Shown piece by piece: positions 1 to 9,849 of a stretch of DNA of 64,000 nt; the first letter of the stretch is position 1; each line of letters begins with the position of its first letter. The notes beneath the pieces are model-generated. The model was not told the origin of the DNA and made no database searches. It saw only the letters and a program-made list of their open reading frames with translations. The stretch covers positions 21,490 through 85,489 of the forward strand of contig CAZIJO010000003.1 in assembly GCA_964539515.1 (NCBI GenBank). The letters are read 5' to 3'. This stretch comes from an uncultured Bifidobacterium sp. (GTDB lineage Bacteria > Verrucomicrobiota > Verrucomicrobiia > Limisphaerales > JADLHS01). Both the position numbers and the translations under genes were made by a program.

Positions 1-1548
1 GTCCTTTTGCTGGTCGTGGCGCTGATGGCCCTTGGGCTGGGAGTTGGGGTGATGGTTTATTACCAGCACGCCAAACGCTCGGTCGCCGATTACCAGAAGC
101 AATTGGTTGCCAACGGCGAAAAGCTGGCTGTCGAGGAGTTGATACCCAAAACCGTTCAGCCCGAGGAAAACGGCGCGAACGCCTTCTTTCGGGCACTTAC
201 GATGATAAATTTCTCGCCGGACGTGCTTTACTCCAATCCGCCGTCCGGTATGACCATGGTCGCCCCCGGCAAAGCCCGCGTTGGCTGGGCGCAACCGGAC
301 ATCCGCTCCAAAGAGGCCACCAACGCGTGGGAGGATGCCTACATCGCGGTGGGCAACTTTTCCGCCGCACTCACGTTGCTGGAAGAATTGATCGAGCACC
401 CGCATCTTGATTTCAATGTGAACTATCGTTTGGGTTTCACTATGCCTCTGCCAAGTCTTGCCCAAACCAAGGGGGCGGCCCAAAAGCTGTACTATGCCGC
501 TCTCTGCGATCTGCATCGGGGCGATACCGCGTCGGCCACAACTCGCCTCCGCGCTCTGCTCGCGATGGTGCAAGGCAGCACCGATGAGCGACTGTTCATT
601 TCTCAGTTGGTGCGCATGGCCATTGCCGCCATCGGGGCGGTCGGCACCTGGGAATTGTTGCAAGCGCCGAATGCCACGGACGAACAACTCGCCAGTATCC
701 AAAACGACTGGAGCCGTCTCGAGTTCATCATCGCTGCTGAAAACGCCCTGGCTATGGAACGCGCCATGAGCCAGATGACAATCGAACATATGCGTGATTC
801 TAGCGCCGAGTTCCGCAAGGCTGCCTCGGGTTTTTCCGGGCTCGGAGCGGGAGCCGCCGGTGGTGGTGGCGAATGGTTCGACCAAGCCAAACAATTCGGT
901 AAAGACACCTGGAATAAGACCCGACTCAAGGCCAAAGAATCAGCCTGGCGCTTTGCTTGGTCATATCCGGATCAATTGCGTGCGCTCAAAGGACAGCAGG
1001 TGTTGATTGAGACTGCGCGTCTTGTTCGGACCAATGGGAATTTCGCCGCCGCTCTGGCGTTACAAAAGGGTCGACTGGCGGCGCTGGAGATTCAGGACAT
1101 CGAGACTGACGACTTCTTCAGCATCGGTCCCGCCGACGTGGATTTTCGCACTCTTTTATCTCAAGGTGTTCTTTCGCTGACGCGTTTCCTCGACAAGGTA
1201 ATGACCATCGAAGTGTCCAGGCAAATGATCGTCACGGCCGTTGCACTCCAACGTTACAAGCTGCGAAAGGGAGACTATCCGCCGGAACTCGCCGCGCTCG
1301 TCCCCGAGCTTCTCCCCATCTTGCCCCGCGATCCTGTGGATGGCAAACCATTGCGTTACAAATCGAACCCGAACGGGACTTTCCTGCTGTATTCCGTTGG
1401 TGAAGACGGCGAAGACAGCGGCGGCGACCTCAAACCAGCCAACCCAGAAAGAGAATCCTTCTACTGGCAACATGGTCGGGACTGGGTCTGGCCGCAACCA
1501 GCGACGCCGAAAGAAGTTGAGGATTTCTATCAGGAGCAGTCCAAATAG
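1..1548 (+). CDS. hypothetical membrane-anchored protein, 5' partial; C-terminal pseudopilin-G-like motif
   Basis: Frame is open from base 1. N-terminal hydrophobic stretch; C-terminal DPVDGKPLRY...LYSVGEDGEDSGG motif typical of PVC-superphylum GspG-like tails. Confidence 0.7.
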   Translation, partial: VLLLVVALMALGLGVGVMVYYQHAKRSVADYQKQLVANGEKLAVEELIPKTVQPEENGANAFFRALTMINFSPDVLYSNPPSGMTMVAPGKARVGWAQPDIRSKEATNAWEDAYIAVGNFSAALTLLEELIEHPHLDFNVNYRLGFTMPLPSLAQTKGAAQKLYYAALCDLHRGDTASATTRLRALLAMVQGSTDERLFISQLVRMAIAAIGAVGTWELLQAPNATDEQLASIQNDWSRLEFIIAAENALAMERAMSQMTIEHMRDSSAEFRKAASGFSGLGAGAAGGGGEWFDQAKQFGKDTWNKTRLKAKESAWRFAWSYPDQLRALKGQQVLIETARLVRTNGNFAAALALQKGRLAALEIQDIETDDFFSIGPADVDFRTLLSQGVLSLTRFLDKVMTIEVSRQMIVTAVALQRYKLRKGDYPPELAALVPELLPILPRDPVDGKPLRYKSNPNGTFLLYSVGEDGEDSGGDLKPANPERESFYWQHGRDWVWPQPATPKEVEDFYQEQSK

Positions 1549-1641
1549 TTTGTCCGCCGCAACATGCTTTTTCAGTGAACCGTAAAGGAGGGGGTGTTCT
1601 GCGTGCGATGGTCGGGCCTGTAACTGCCCGCTTGAATCTGG

Positions 1642-2874
1642 TCACCGTGCCCCATCCACGATCTGGCAGACGAGGGGCTGCAACTTGACGCCAGTCTGCT
1701 TTTCGTATTCGGTCGCCATGTGCGCCATAAACGGCTCCACCTTATGATGGGCGACGAGATTGAGCGTCGCGCCGCCGAAACCGCCGCCCGTCAGTCGCGC
1801 CCCAAGGCAGGCGGGATGCTGCCGCGCGATCGCCACCAGCTCATCGAGTTCGGGGGTGCTGTTCCGGAGAAAATCCCGCGAGCTTTCGTGACTTTGAAAA
1901 AGGTACTGACCGAACTGTGCCAGATCATCCGCCCGCAGCGCCCGTTCCGCCGCCACGACACGCGCGATCTCCCCGACGACGTGGTGCGCACATGCGAATT
2001 CGCGTTCGGTCAGCGTGGCCCGCGCCGCCGGCAGTTGCTTGCGTTCGACGGTGCGCAAAAATTTTGCCCCGAGCTTGCGGGCCGCGGACGCGCAATGGTC
2101 GCGCAGCTCCTTGTATTCGCCGCCCACCAGTGCGTGGTTCACACCGCTCGGACAGACCACCAGGGCCACGCCCGGCAGCGGGGCGTGATCCACGGTCAAC
2201 GACTGGCAGTCAATGCTCATCACGTTCCACGCCCGGCCGAACAGCGACGAAATCTGATCGAGCAGGCCACAGGGCACGCCGACGAATTCGTTTTCCGCCG
2301 CGCGGCACAACCGGGCGTAATGCATCCGCTCGGCGGTCGGGACGGGCGGCAGTTCACCGCGTTCGTTCGGTCGGGGCGGCAGCGCCGTGCCCGTTTCGGT
2401 GAGGGTGAAGGGATGAAGCCGGCGAATCGTCATGGCCGTCGCCACTTCGAGCGCGGCCGAGCTGCTCATGCCCGCGCCCAGGGGCAGCGTGCCGTGGATG
2501 GCGGCGTTGAACCCGCTGAAATGCACCCCGCGGCGGCGCAGTTGCACCAGCACCCCCTTCACATAATCCGCCCACCGGGCCGCCGGGTTCGATTTGATGT
2601 CGCTGACGCTAAATTGTTCCGCCCCGGAGAAGGCGGACGAAATCAATTCCACCCGGCCGTCGGATCGCGGCGCGGACGCGATGAAAATATATTTGTCCAC
2701 GGCCACGGACAGGACGAGGCCCTGGTTGTAATCGGTGTGATTGCCGAGGACTTCAAGCCGGCCGGGCGCGGCGGCGACGTGCGTGGGCGCATACTGGAAG
2801 TGCTTCTTAAACAGGGCGGCCACTGCCGCTGCGGCATCGCCGGTTTTCAAGCTCGGTAATTCGGTATTCAGCAT
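1642..2874 (-). CDS. galK: galactokinase
   Basis: GHMP motifs APGRLEVLGNHTDYNQG, PLGAGMSSSAALE and GARLTGGGFGG; start moved to ATG at 2874. Confidence 0.93.
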   Translation of the reverse strand: MLNTELPSLKTGDAAAAVAALFKKHFQYAPTHVAAAPGRLEVLGNHTDYNQGLVLSVAVDKYIFIASAPRSDGRVELISSAFSGAEQFSVSDIKSNPAARWADYVKGVLVQLRRRGVHFSGFNAAIHGTLPLGAGMSSSAALEVATAMTIRRLHPFTLTETGTALPPRPNERGELPPVPTAERMHYARLCRAAENEFVGVPCGLLDQISSLFGRAWNVMSIDCQSLTVDHAPLPGVALVVCPSGVNHALVGGEYKELRDHCASAARKLGAKFLRTVERKQLPAARATLTEREFACAHHVVGEIARVVAAERALRADDLAQFGQYLFQSHESSRDFLRNSTPELDELVAIARQHPACLGARLTGGGFGGATLNLVAHHKVEPFMAHMATEYEKQTGVKLQPLVCQIVDGAR

Positions 2875-2937
2875 TTCATCACCTGGGAACAAGGCCCGGC
2901 AGGAGTTCCTTTTGGAAACGGAGCCCTTGCCGGCCTT

Positions 2938-3216
2938 TCAGACCAGTCGGTCGAACTTTCGCGCGAGTTTGAAATCCTTCTCCGTGAGCCCGCCTTCGCT
3001 GTGCGTCGTGAGCGTGAGCGTGACTTTGTTCCAGCGGATATCAATATCGGGATGATGCCATGCCTTCTCCGCGTCTCGTGCCACCGCGTTGACGAACCGG
3101 ATCGCGGCGGGGAAATCCTTGAATACAAAGGTGCGGGTAATGGCGCCGCCGGCTCGTTGCCATTCGGGGAGCGCCTCGAGCGCGCTTTTGATTTGGGCGG
3201 CTTTGAGTTTGGCCAT
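2938..3216 (-). CDS. phhB: pterin-4-alpha-carbinolamine dehydratase
   Basis: FKDFPAAIRFVNAVARDAEKAWHHPDIDIRWNKV...THSEGGLTEKDF signature; start at MAKLK (3216). Confidence 0.93.
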   Translation of the reverse strand: MAKLKAAQIKSALEALPEWQRAGGAITRTFVFKDFPAAIRFVNAVARDAEKAWHHPDIDIRWNKVTLTLTTHSEGGLTEKDFKLARKFDRLV

Positions 3217-3247
3217 GTCTGCTTGATGCCAGAAGGCGCGCGATGGG

Positions 3248-3649
3248 TCACGTCGAAACTGGCGGGATCGGTGGCGGCGGAGATGGAATTTCGTCGAAGA
3301 CGCGGAGCGCGTTTCGCCGCGCTTCGCGAACGAGGCCAACCGTAGTCACTAGCGACCACAACCACGCGGCAATGAACAGAACCCCACCGGTCTCCCCAAT
3401 CCATGCGATTGGGGTTATCGGCACGTCCCCGGCAATCTGACCATAATATTGCCGCAGCAACGCCACGAACCAGGCCAAAAGGAATCCAAACCCGATCAAG
3501 GCCAGAATGAGCTGGCCGCAGCCCGCCACCAGCCGTCCGGCCATGAGCGTGCCGAGACCGGGGGTGGCGAGCAGATTAATGAGCGCGGCATTGCGGGCGG
3601 TGGCCGGGCTAAGCGGTTTGCGACCGCGGGGCGGTGAAGATGGTTTCAT
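3248..3649 (-). CDS. hypothetical membrane protein
   Basis: INLLATPGLGTLMAGR followed by 2-3 hydrophobic helices and a Pro-rich tail; overlaps the upstream gene's stop. Confidence 0.65.
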   Translation of the reverse strand: MKPSSPPRGRKPLSPATARNAALINLLATPGLGTLMAGRLVAGCGQLILALIGFGFLLAWFVALLRQYYGQIAGDVPITPIAWIGETGGVLFIAAWLWSLVTTVGLVREARRNALRVFDEIPSPPPPIPPVST

Positions 3650-4571
3650 AGGCGTACATCATGGCCGCAAAACCAAGGGGCATGGAGAAGACCAGGCCCA
3701 CACAACACAGCAGGAAGCCGACGAGATTGATCAAGCCCACCAGGATAAGGAGGCCGCAGAGTTGCCACCAATGTTTGCGCACCATCTTCCAGCTCGCTTG
3801 CATGGCCGGCCAGAAATCCAGGCGTTTGTCCACGATCAGGGGCAGGGTGAACATCCAGTTGACCGTTAGAAAAATCGCGGGCACGAGACAAGCCAACCCG
3901 GCCCCAAAGACCGCGGCGATCGCCGCCGGGTTGGGTTCCTGATGCTGCGTCATCGCGGGCAACAGGGCCACCAAGCCAACGACAATTGCCGGAATGAAAC
4001 ACAGACTCGTCAGAATGGTGGAAACGATGTAACCCAGGACGAGTTGGATAAATGCGCGTCGGAATCCTTCAAACACATCCCCGGCGGTGGCGGGTTGGGC
4101 GCGGATCGCCTGGAGGGTGACGTAGAAAAGCCCACCCATCAGTGGGGCCGCCACGAAGAGATTCGCCAGCGAAAAGAGCGCGCCGATGATCGGAAGGGCG
4201 CCGAGCAGGCTGAAGACGATTTCGATCCCAACATAGATCAAGGTCGCGCCGACCAGCAGGCCCATGTTTTTCTGCAAGAGTTCCCAACCCCGGCTGATGC
4301 ATGCGCCAAGGTCCAGATTGTAATCCTGATCCAGAATTTCGGGTCCCATCTCTGCGCCGGTGGAGGCCGCAAAAGGCGCGGGAGTGGAGGCTGCCTTGGT
4401 GGCTAATGCCTCGGCAAATTCGGGAAAGGTGTCAACGGTTCGCCAGTCGGTCTGACCCTCCGCCTGCGCCAGCGTCTGCCCGCTCGCGCGACCCTGGCGT
4501 ATCCATTCGCGCAATTGCTCGGCACTGACCGGGCCATATTCTTTCTTATCCGCTCCGATGATTTTATACAT
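3609..4571 (-). CDS. GYF_2 (DUF4339) domain multi-pass membrane protein
   Basis: N-terminal MYKIIGADKKEYGPVS...LREWIRQGR...W motif, then about 5 TM helices. Confidence 0.85.
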   Translation of the reverse strand: MYKIIGADKKEYGPVSAEQLREWIRQGRASGQTLAQAEGQTDWRTVDTFPEFAEALATKAASTPAPFAASTGAEMGPEILDQDYNLDLGACISRGWELLQKNMGLLVGATLIYVGIEIVFSLLGALPIIGALFSLANLFVAAPLMGGLFYVTLQAIRAQPATAGDVFEGFRRAFIQLVLGYIVSTILTSLCFIPAIVVGLVALLPAMTQHQEPNPAAIAAVFGAGLACLVPAIFLTVNWMFTLPLIVDKRLDFWPAMQASWKMVRKHWWQLCGLLILVGLINLVGFLLCCVGLVFSMPLGFAAMMYAYETIFTAPRSQTA

Positions 4572-4606
4572 GATTTAGGTGGGTTGGTTTGGGTTGAGTT
4601 ATGGGT

Positions 4607-5029
4607 TCACGGTGACATCCAGGCAAACGCCGGTGCCGGCACATTTCGCAGGACGGTAAACAGAATCACGATGGCGGCAATCACCCAGGCCGTGGCCGGA
4701 CGCGCGAGGGACAGTGCGCTGGAGCGCACGGCCCTCCGGCCGGATTGCTGGCGGACCAAGCCTAACGCCAGCAATGGCAGGGCAGACACCAGCAAGGCAT
4801 TGTGATGAAACGCCGCGGCGAAGTTGCCGTGCGTCAACTGGTGCAACGCGCGCAACGAACCGCAGCCGGGGCAGTGCAGGCCGGTGAATTTATGGAACAG
4901 GCACACCGGGTAGATCGGGCTCCGGGCCGGGTCAAACGCAAATAGCACGACAAACGCGAGCAAACCGGCCGCAATCAGTCCGAGGCCGATAAATGTTTTT
5001 TGCGACAGGGGCGGAAGCTTTTTGGGCAT
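4607..5029 (-). CDS. DUF2752 domain membrane protein
   Basis: YPVCLFHKFTGLHCPGCGSLRALHQL signature; start MPKK overlaps the upstream stop (TGATG). Confidence 0.88.
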   Translation of the reverse strand: MPKKLPPLSQKTFIGLGLIAAGLLAFVVLFAFDPARSPIYPVCLFHKFTGLHCPGCGSLRALHQLTHGNFAAAFHHNALLVSALPLLALGLVRQQSGRRAVRSSALSLARPATAWVIAAIVILFTVLRNVPAPAFAWMSP

Positions 5030-5544
5030 CACAGTCTTTTCCATGGAGCCGGGAATTGGTGCCAGCTCATCGCGAGACCAATGGTCATCAACACCACCGC
5101 CAGCGTCAAACTCACAATCGAGCACAGAAGCCCGGTCACCGCGAGTCCCCGGCCGGAATAGACATCAGGATGCTGCTGGATTTGGACCAGCCCGACGAGG
5201 GAAAAGACAATGCCCAGCAGGTTGAAGGGCAAGCCGTAACAACAGCACAGGCCAAAAGTAAGCGAGACGATGCCCAGAATCAGGCCCGCCACCGCGAAAG
5301 GACTGTTGGTTTGGGGCGTTGTCCTGGTGAGCTGGTTCGGGCCGGGCCGAATCGGCGGCGGTGTGGTTGGGTGGGTGGTAAAGGACGAGAAATCAGGCAG
5401 GGCGCGCAGGGGTTTCCACTCCCCGCCGCCCTCAGGCAACACCTGGGTGTCAGTGTTGACGCGGCCCTCGGTAATCCACTGGCGCAGTTGATTGGCGTCA
5501 ACCGGGCCATATTCGCGTCCGTCCGCCCCGATGATCTTATACAT
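5029..5544 (-). CDS. GYF_2 + DUF4190-like membrane protein
   Basis: MYKIIGADGREYGPV GYF motif; AVAGLILGIVSL...CC...LGIVFSLVGL...GRGLAVTGL DUF4190-like segment. Confidence 0.85.
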   Translation of the reverse strand: MYKIIGADGREYGPVDANQLRQWITEGRVNTDTQVLPEGGGEWKPLRALPDFSSFTTHPTTPPPIRPGPNQLTRTTPQTNSPFAVAGLILGIVSLTFGLCCCYGLPFNLLGIVFSLVGLVQIQQHPDVYSGRGLAVTGLLCSIVSLTLAVVLMTIGLAMSWHQFPAPWKRL

Positions 5545-5821
5545 GGTGAATTCCTGCGGGATGAAGGGTTACATTACCAGAGCATCCGTATCCCGGAGCA
5601 CACGAGGAAGCAAGCACCGAAAAGCCGCCACAGCCGGCCAATCTCAGGTTTTTGGCGGAGGCAGTGGGGGGAGAAAAGGCGGTAGCAACGGGCGTGTGCG
5701 AACGCGCGGCGACCCGCGTGATGCTGGTGTTGGCGGAAGGGGCGCGCGAGGAGATTCATTTTGATTGAATTCGGGAATTCCCTGCCTTGCCTCCTTTTGG
5801 TTTCTTTGGAACCATGTTCCC

Positions 5822-7204
5822 ATGGCAACCAAACCCACCCCCGTGACGCGTCGCCGCTTCCTGACCACCTCAACCAAAGCCGCCGCCACCGTTGCCGCGG
5901 CAAATCTTTGGCTGCAACCCGGCCGGGCGCCCGGTGCGCCCCGGCGCCTGTCACCCAACGAAAAACTGAATCTGGCCTTCATCGGCGTGGGCGGTCAGGG
6001 GGCGGCTGACCTTGATGCCATCACCCAGGCGGAAGATGTAAACGTCGTCGCGCTCTGCGATGTGGATGAAATCCGGCTCAATGGCGCGGCCCAAAAACAC
6101 CCCAGGGCGAAGCTGTATCGGGATTACCGCAAGCTGCTCGAAACCGAGAATTCCGTGGACGCAGTGGTGGTGGCCACGCCGGATCACAATCATGCGCCGG
6201 CAAGCATCATGGCCCTCAAGCTGGGCCGGCATGTGTATTGTGAGAAGCCGCTCACACGCACCGTAAAGGAGGCGCGGGCGGTGACGCTGGCGGCGCGCGA
6301 AGCCAAGGTGGCGACGCAGATGGGGAATCAAGGAATGGCCTTCGAGGGCAATCGCTTCATCAAGGAATGGCTGGCCGACGGCGCGATCGGCGCCGTCCGC
6401 GAAGTGCATGTCTGGTCCGACCGGCCCACCCATCGCGGCAAGCTGCCGTTCTGGTGGCCGCAGGGAGTCGACCGGCCCACCGATACGCCCCCCGTACCGG
6501 CCACGCTGGATTGGGACTTGTGGTTGGGGCCGGCGCCGGCGCGGCCGTATCATCCGGCGTACGTGCCGTTCAAGTGGCGCGGCTGGTGGGACTTTGGTTC
6601 TGGCGGCCTGGGGGACATGGGGATTCACAACCTCGCCCCGGTATTCGCAGCGTTAAACCTTGGCGCGCCGACAAGTCTCGCGGCCAGTTCCACGCCGGTA
6701 TTTCCCGAGACCGTGCCGCTCGCCAATGTCGTCCATTATGAATTCCCGGCGCGCGGAGCGTCGCCGCCGGTCAAATTGCATTGGTACGACGGGGGAATCA
6801 TGCCGCCGCGACCCGCGGAGCTGGAGATCGAGCGGGAATTGAATCACGAAGACGGCATCATCTTCGTCGGCGACAAGGGCAAGATGCTGGTCGAAGGCTG
6901 GGGCGGGGAAAAGCCGCGCCTGATCCCGGAATCGCGCAATCAGGAATACCAAAGGCCACCGAAAACGCTGCCGCGTTCCGTGGGGCATCACAAAGAATGG
7001 TTGCTCGCCTGCCGGACCGGATCGCCAACGCAATCGGATTTTGCCTTCGCCGGGCCGTTGACCGAAGCGGTGTTGCTCGGGATGGTCTGTGTGCGCAACG
7101 GCGGGGACCTCTTGCATTGGGACAGCGCCAATCTCAAGGTCACCAATGACCCGGACGCAAATCGCTTTCTCCATTACGACTATCGACCGAGCTGGGAGCT
7201 GTAA
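5822..7204 (+). CDS. Gfo/Idh/MocA family oxidoreductase with Tat signal
   Basis: TRRRFL twin-arginine signal; IGVGGQG Rossmann motif; ATPDHNH, YCEKPL, GDMGIH. Confidence 0.92.
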   Translation: MATKPTPVTRRRFLTTSTKAAATVAAANLWLQPGRAPGAPRRLSPNEKLNLAFIGVGGQGAADLDAITQAEDVNVVALCDVDEIRLNGAAQKHPRAKLYRDYRKLLETENSVDAVVVATPDHNHAPASIMALKLGRHVYCEKPLTRTVKEARAVTLAAREAKVATQMGNQGMAFEGNRFIKEWLADGAIGAVREVHVWSDRPTHRGKLPFWWPQGVDRPTDTPPVPATLDWDLWLGPAPARPYHPAYVPFKWRGWWDFGSGGLGDMGIHNLAPVFAALNLGAPTSLAASSTPVFPETVPLANVVHYEFPARGASPPVKLHWYDGGIMPPRPAELEIERELNHEDGIIFVGDKGKMLVEGWGGEKPRLIPESRNQEYQRPPKTLPRSVGHHKEWLLACRTGSPTQSDFAFAGPLTEAVLLGMVCVRNGGDLLHWDSANLKVTNDPDANRFLHYDYRPSWEL

Positions 7205-7255
7205 GCGGTGAGTCCGCGGAGCGGTGCGCCGGCGGACCAAGCCAGGTGGCCGGCC

Positions 7256-8575
7256 TTAAGGTGAGCGGATTCGGTAGGCACGAGCGGAATAATTCGTCCA
7301 CTGGGGATCGCCAAAATAAACTGAACCGTTGGTGAGCGTGCAGCTTTTTAGCGCATTCCAAACTGGATTGGCCGGGTTCGTGGAAGCCTCTACCAGGATC
7401 GGAATATTCGGGGTGCCGGTGATGGTGAATCCGAATTGGTTGTTCCGCACGCCAAAGCTGGGATCGCTGGATTGTGCCTGCGGGTTCCAAAGGAGGGTAG
7501 GCCGACCGCCAAACGACGGTCCCCAGCCGCTGGTGCCAGGCAGGTGATATACGATTGCGGAACTGGCATTCTTGAGCGCATCCGCGCCGACGAGGGGCGC
7601 GTTTCCTTGGCCATAGACCGCCGTCAGGTAATAGCAGTTTTCGAAAGCAGAATTTCCGATCCAAGTGACGAGCTTCGGGATCGTGACGCTGGTCAGGCTG
7701 ATGCAATCATAGAATGCCGTGACGCCAATATCGGTGACCCGCTGCGGAATCGTGATCCGGGCAAGGCTGAGGCAGCGATAGAACGCTGCACTGGCAATGC
7801 TGGTGAGGGTTTCGGGGAGCGAGACATTGGTCAGACTCCAGCAGTCATAGAACGCCCCGCCCCCAACGTTGGTGACGCCATGGGGGATCGTGATCGTTCT
7901 CAAGCTGGTGCAGGAATAGAATGCCCCATCCCCGATCCCGGTGACACCGTTGCCGAGCTGGACGCTGGTCAGGCCGGTGCAGTCGTGGAATGCTCCTTCG
8001 CCAATGCGGGCAACGCTATCGGGGAGGATCAGTTTGATCAGGCTGGTGCAGGTGTAGAACGCGTAATTGCCGAGGCGGGCGACCCGGTTGCCGAGCTGCA
8101 CGTCGCTCAGGGCCGAGCAATCATAGAATGCTCCGTTACCGACATTGGTGACGCTGTTCCCGATTGTGACCTTGGCCAGGCTGCGGCAGGAGAAGAATGC
8201 GTAATCTCCAAGGTCGCCGACGTTGTTGCCAACCGTCACGCTGGTCAAGTTGGTAGCGTTCAGGAAGGCAAAGTCGCCAATGCGGGTGACCGGCAAGCCA
8301 TTGATCGAACTGGGAATCGTCACGACGTAGGCGGATCCCGTGTAGGCCGTAATGGTGAGCGTGCCGGCGTTGGTGACATAATTGTACTGCGCTGGCGCTC
8401 CGGCGATTCCCATCCAGAGAATCAACATGGCCAACCTTATGGCGGCGCCAGCGGCTCCCAAACTTCGCTCCGGCTTTGGATCGGTCGGGCAAAAATATCC
8501 GCCGGCTTGTTCGCGCGCTCGCGTTTTGCACCCTTCCGGCCTCATGCGCCGACATTGCGCTTTTGCATTCTTCAC
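7256..8575 (-). CDS. BspA-type leucine-rich-repeat surface protein with Verrucomicrobia-type C-terminal domain
   Basis: About 10 tandem 23-aa repeats (LxxVxIxxxVxxIGxxAFxxCxx); C-terminal FGFTITG...VEASTN...W...F.DP...YRI domain. True start uncertain (8575, 8545 or 8428). Confidence 0.88.
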   Translation of the reverse strand: MKNAKAQCRRMRPEGCKTRAREQAGGYFCPTDPKPERSLGAAGAAIRLAMLILWMGIAGAPAQYNYVTNAGTLTITAYTGSAYVVTIPSSINGLPVTRIGDFAFLNATNLTSVTVGNNVGDLGDYAFFSCRSLAKVTIGNSVTNVGNGAFYDCSALSDVQLGNRVARLGNYAFYTCTSLIKLILPDSVARIGEGAFHDCTGLTSVQLGNGVTGIGDGAFYSCTSLRTITIPHGVTNVGGGAFYDCWSLTNVSLPETLTSIASAAFYRCLSLARITIPQRVTDIGVTAFYDCISLTSVTIPKLVTWIGNSAFENCYYLTAVYGQGNAPLVGADALKNASSAIVYHLPGTSGWGPSFGGRPTLLWNPQAQSSDPSFGVRNNQFGFTITGTPNIPILVEASTNPANPVWNALKSCTLTNGSVYFGDPQWTNYSARAYRIRSP

Positions 8576-9180
8576 GTCAATAGCGGTGAAGTGGTCATCT
8601 GAACCTTAGCCCTTCGATTTGGTAAGATACGGCCGGCTAAAGTAACGAGAAGGTTCCCCGGTTCGCTTGCTGTGCCAGGCTCATCCATTTGTCGCAGAAT
8701 GGTGGCGTTGTGTGTGGCCATCAACTGACCGTCAACCCGCGATGTTGCGCAATTGCTGGGGGAGGGAGGATTTGGGATTATTGCGCATTGGCCGCATCCC
8801 GTGACCGGCTGGAGGTTGCGGTCGGCCCGGAACCCTTTCGGTTGGGCCGGGCGGCTGCGGGCCGGCAAGGTGCTGGGCGCGAGGACGGCAGCGAGCGGGG
8901 TTGCATTTTCCTCCGCCCGCCACGCTATGCGGAACTAATCAATGGCATTAAAAGCTCAAAAAACGTGAATAATTTCACAAAGAGTCTTGCGACGCGATTT
9001 GGGGTTGTTAAGAATGCGGCTGCGTAATCGTGCGATTATGGCGTGGGAGTCCGGGGCGGCTTTATCATGCCGGGGCAGAAGCTTGTTTGTCGCTCGCACG
9101 TTTTTTCGGCAATCCCGACATCAGCCAGAAAGTCTGGCCGGTGAATTTTTGTTTTTTGACGGACTCAGTGGATATCTGAA

Positions 9181-9849
9181 ATGTCAGCAATTTTTCCGAA
9201 ATGGACCAACCGGTTGCCGTTGATGATCATCCTCGGTGGCGGTTTGTTTGCCACAGCGGTGACCGCGGGGGTTTGGTATTACTTCACCCCGAAATATTTC
9301 CTCGTCGGATATCAACCCATCCAGCCGGTGGCCTTTTCGCACGCCACCCATGCCGGACAATTGGGGATGGATTGCCGCTACTGCCATAGCGCGGTGGAGC
9401 AGTCGTGGTTCTCGAACATCCCGTCGTCCTCCACCTGTATGAACTGCCACAATCAGGTGCTCAAAGATGATGATCGTCTGGCCCTCGTCCGCGAAAGCGC
9501 CGCGACCGGGAAGCCGATCCCGTGGGTGCAGATTCATCGCGTGCCGGACTTCGTTTATTTCAACCACTCCGTCCACGTCAATCGGGGCATCAGCTGCGTT
9601 GAGTGCCACGGGCCGATCGACAAGATGGATGAGGTTTATCACGCGAAACCGTTGAGCATGTCGTTCTGCCTCGAATGCCATCGCAATCCGGCGGCGAAAG
9701 TGCGGCCGGCCGACAAGATTACGGATTTGAACTGGCAGTGGAGCCCCGACCCGGCCGTCAATGCACAGCAGCAGAAGGCGTTCGGCGAAAAATTCGTCAC
9801 GGATAACCGGGTGGAATCGCTTCAGAACTGCTCGGCCTGTCACCGATGA
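9181..9849 (+). CDS. actA: alternative complex III pentaheme cytochrome c subunit ActA
   Basis: Five CxxCH motifs (CRYCH, CMNCH, CVECH, CLECH, CSACH); QPIQPVAFSHATH; N-terminal TM; first gene of the act cluster. Confidence 0.93.
   Translation: MSAIFPKWTNRLPLMIILGGGLFATAVTAGVWYYFTPKYFLVGYQPIQPVAFSHATHAGQLGMDCRYCHSAVEQSWFSNIPSSSTCMNCHNQVLKDDDRLALVRESAATGKPIPWVQIHRVPDFVYFNHSVHVNRGISCVECHGPIDKMDEVYHAKPLSMSFCLECHRNPAAKVRPADKITDLNWQWSPDPAVNAQQQKAFGEKFVTDNRVESLQNCSACHR

Noticed and set aside
5545-5821. Intergenic region checked for tRNA or other ncRNA
   Set aside because: No cloverleaf, TPsiC (GTTCGA) context or CCA end recognised here or in the other intergenic gaps.
7256-8330. Regularly spaced ~69-nt DNA repeats resembling a CRISPR array
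   Set aside because: They are the degenerate coding repeats of the LRR protein; no identical direct repeats, unique spacers or cas genes.
8430-8700. Possible c-di-GMP-I riboswitch upstream of the LRR gene (GCAAAAC...AACAAGCC on the minus strand)
   Set aside because: Lacks the GNRA tetraloop/receptor and a closing P1 stem; the resemblance is only a few nucleotides. An Rfam search would settle it.
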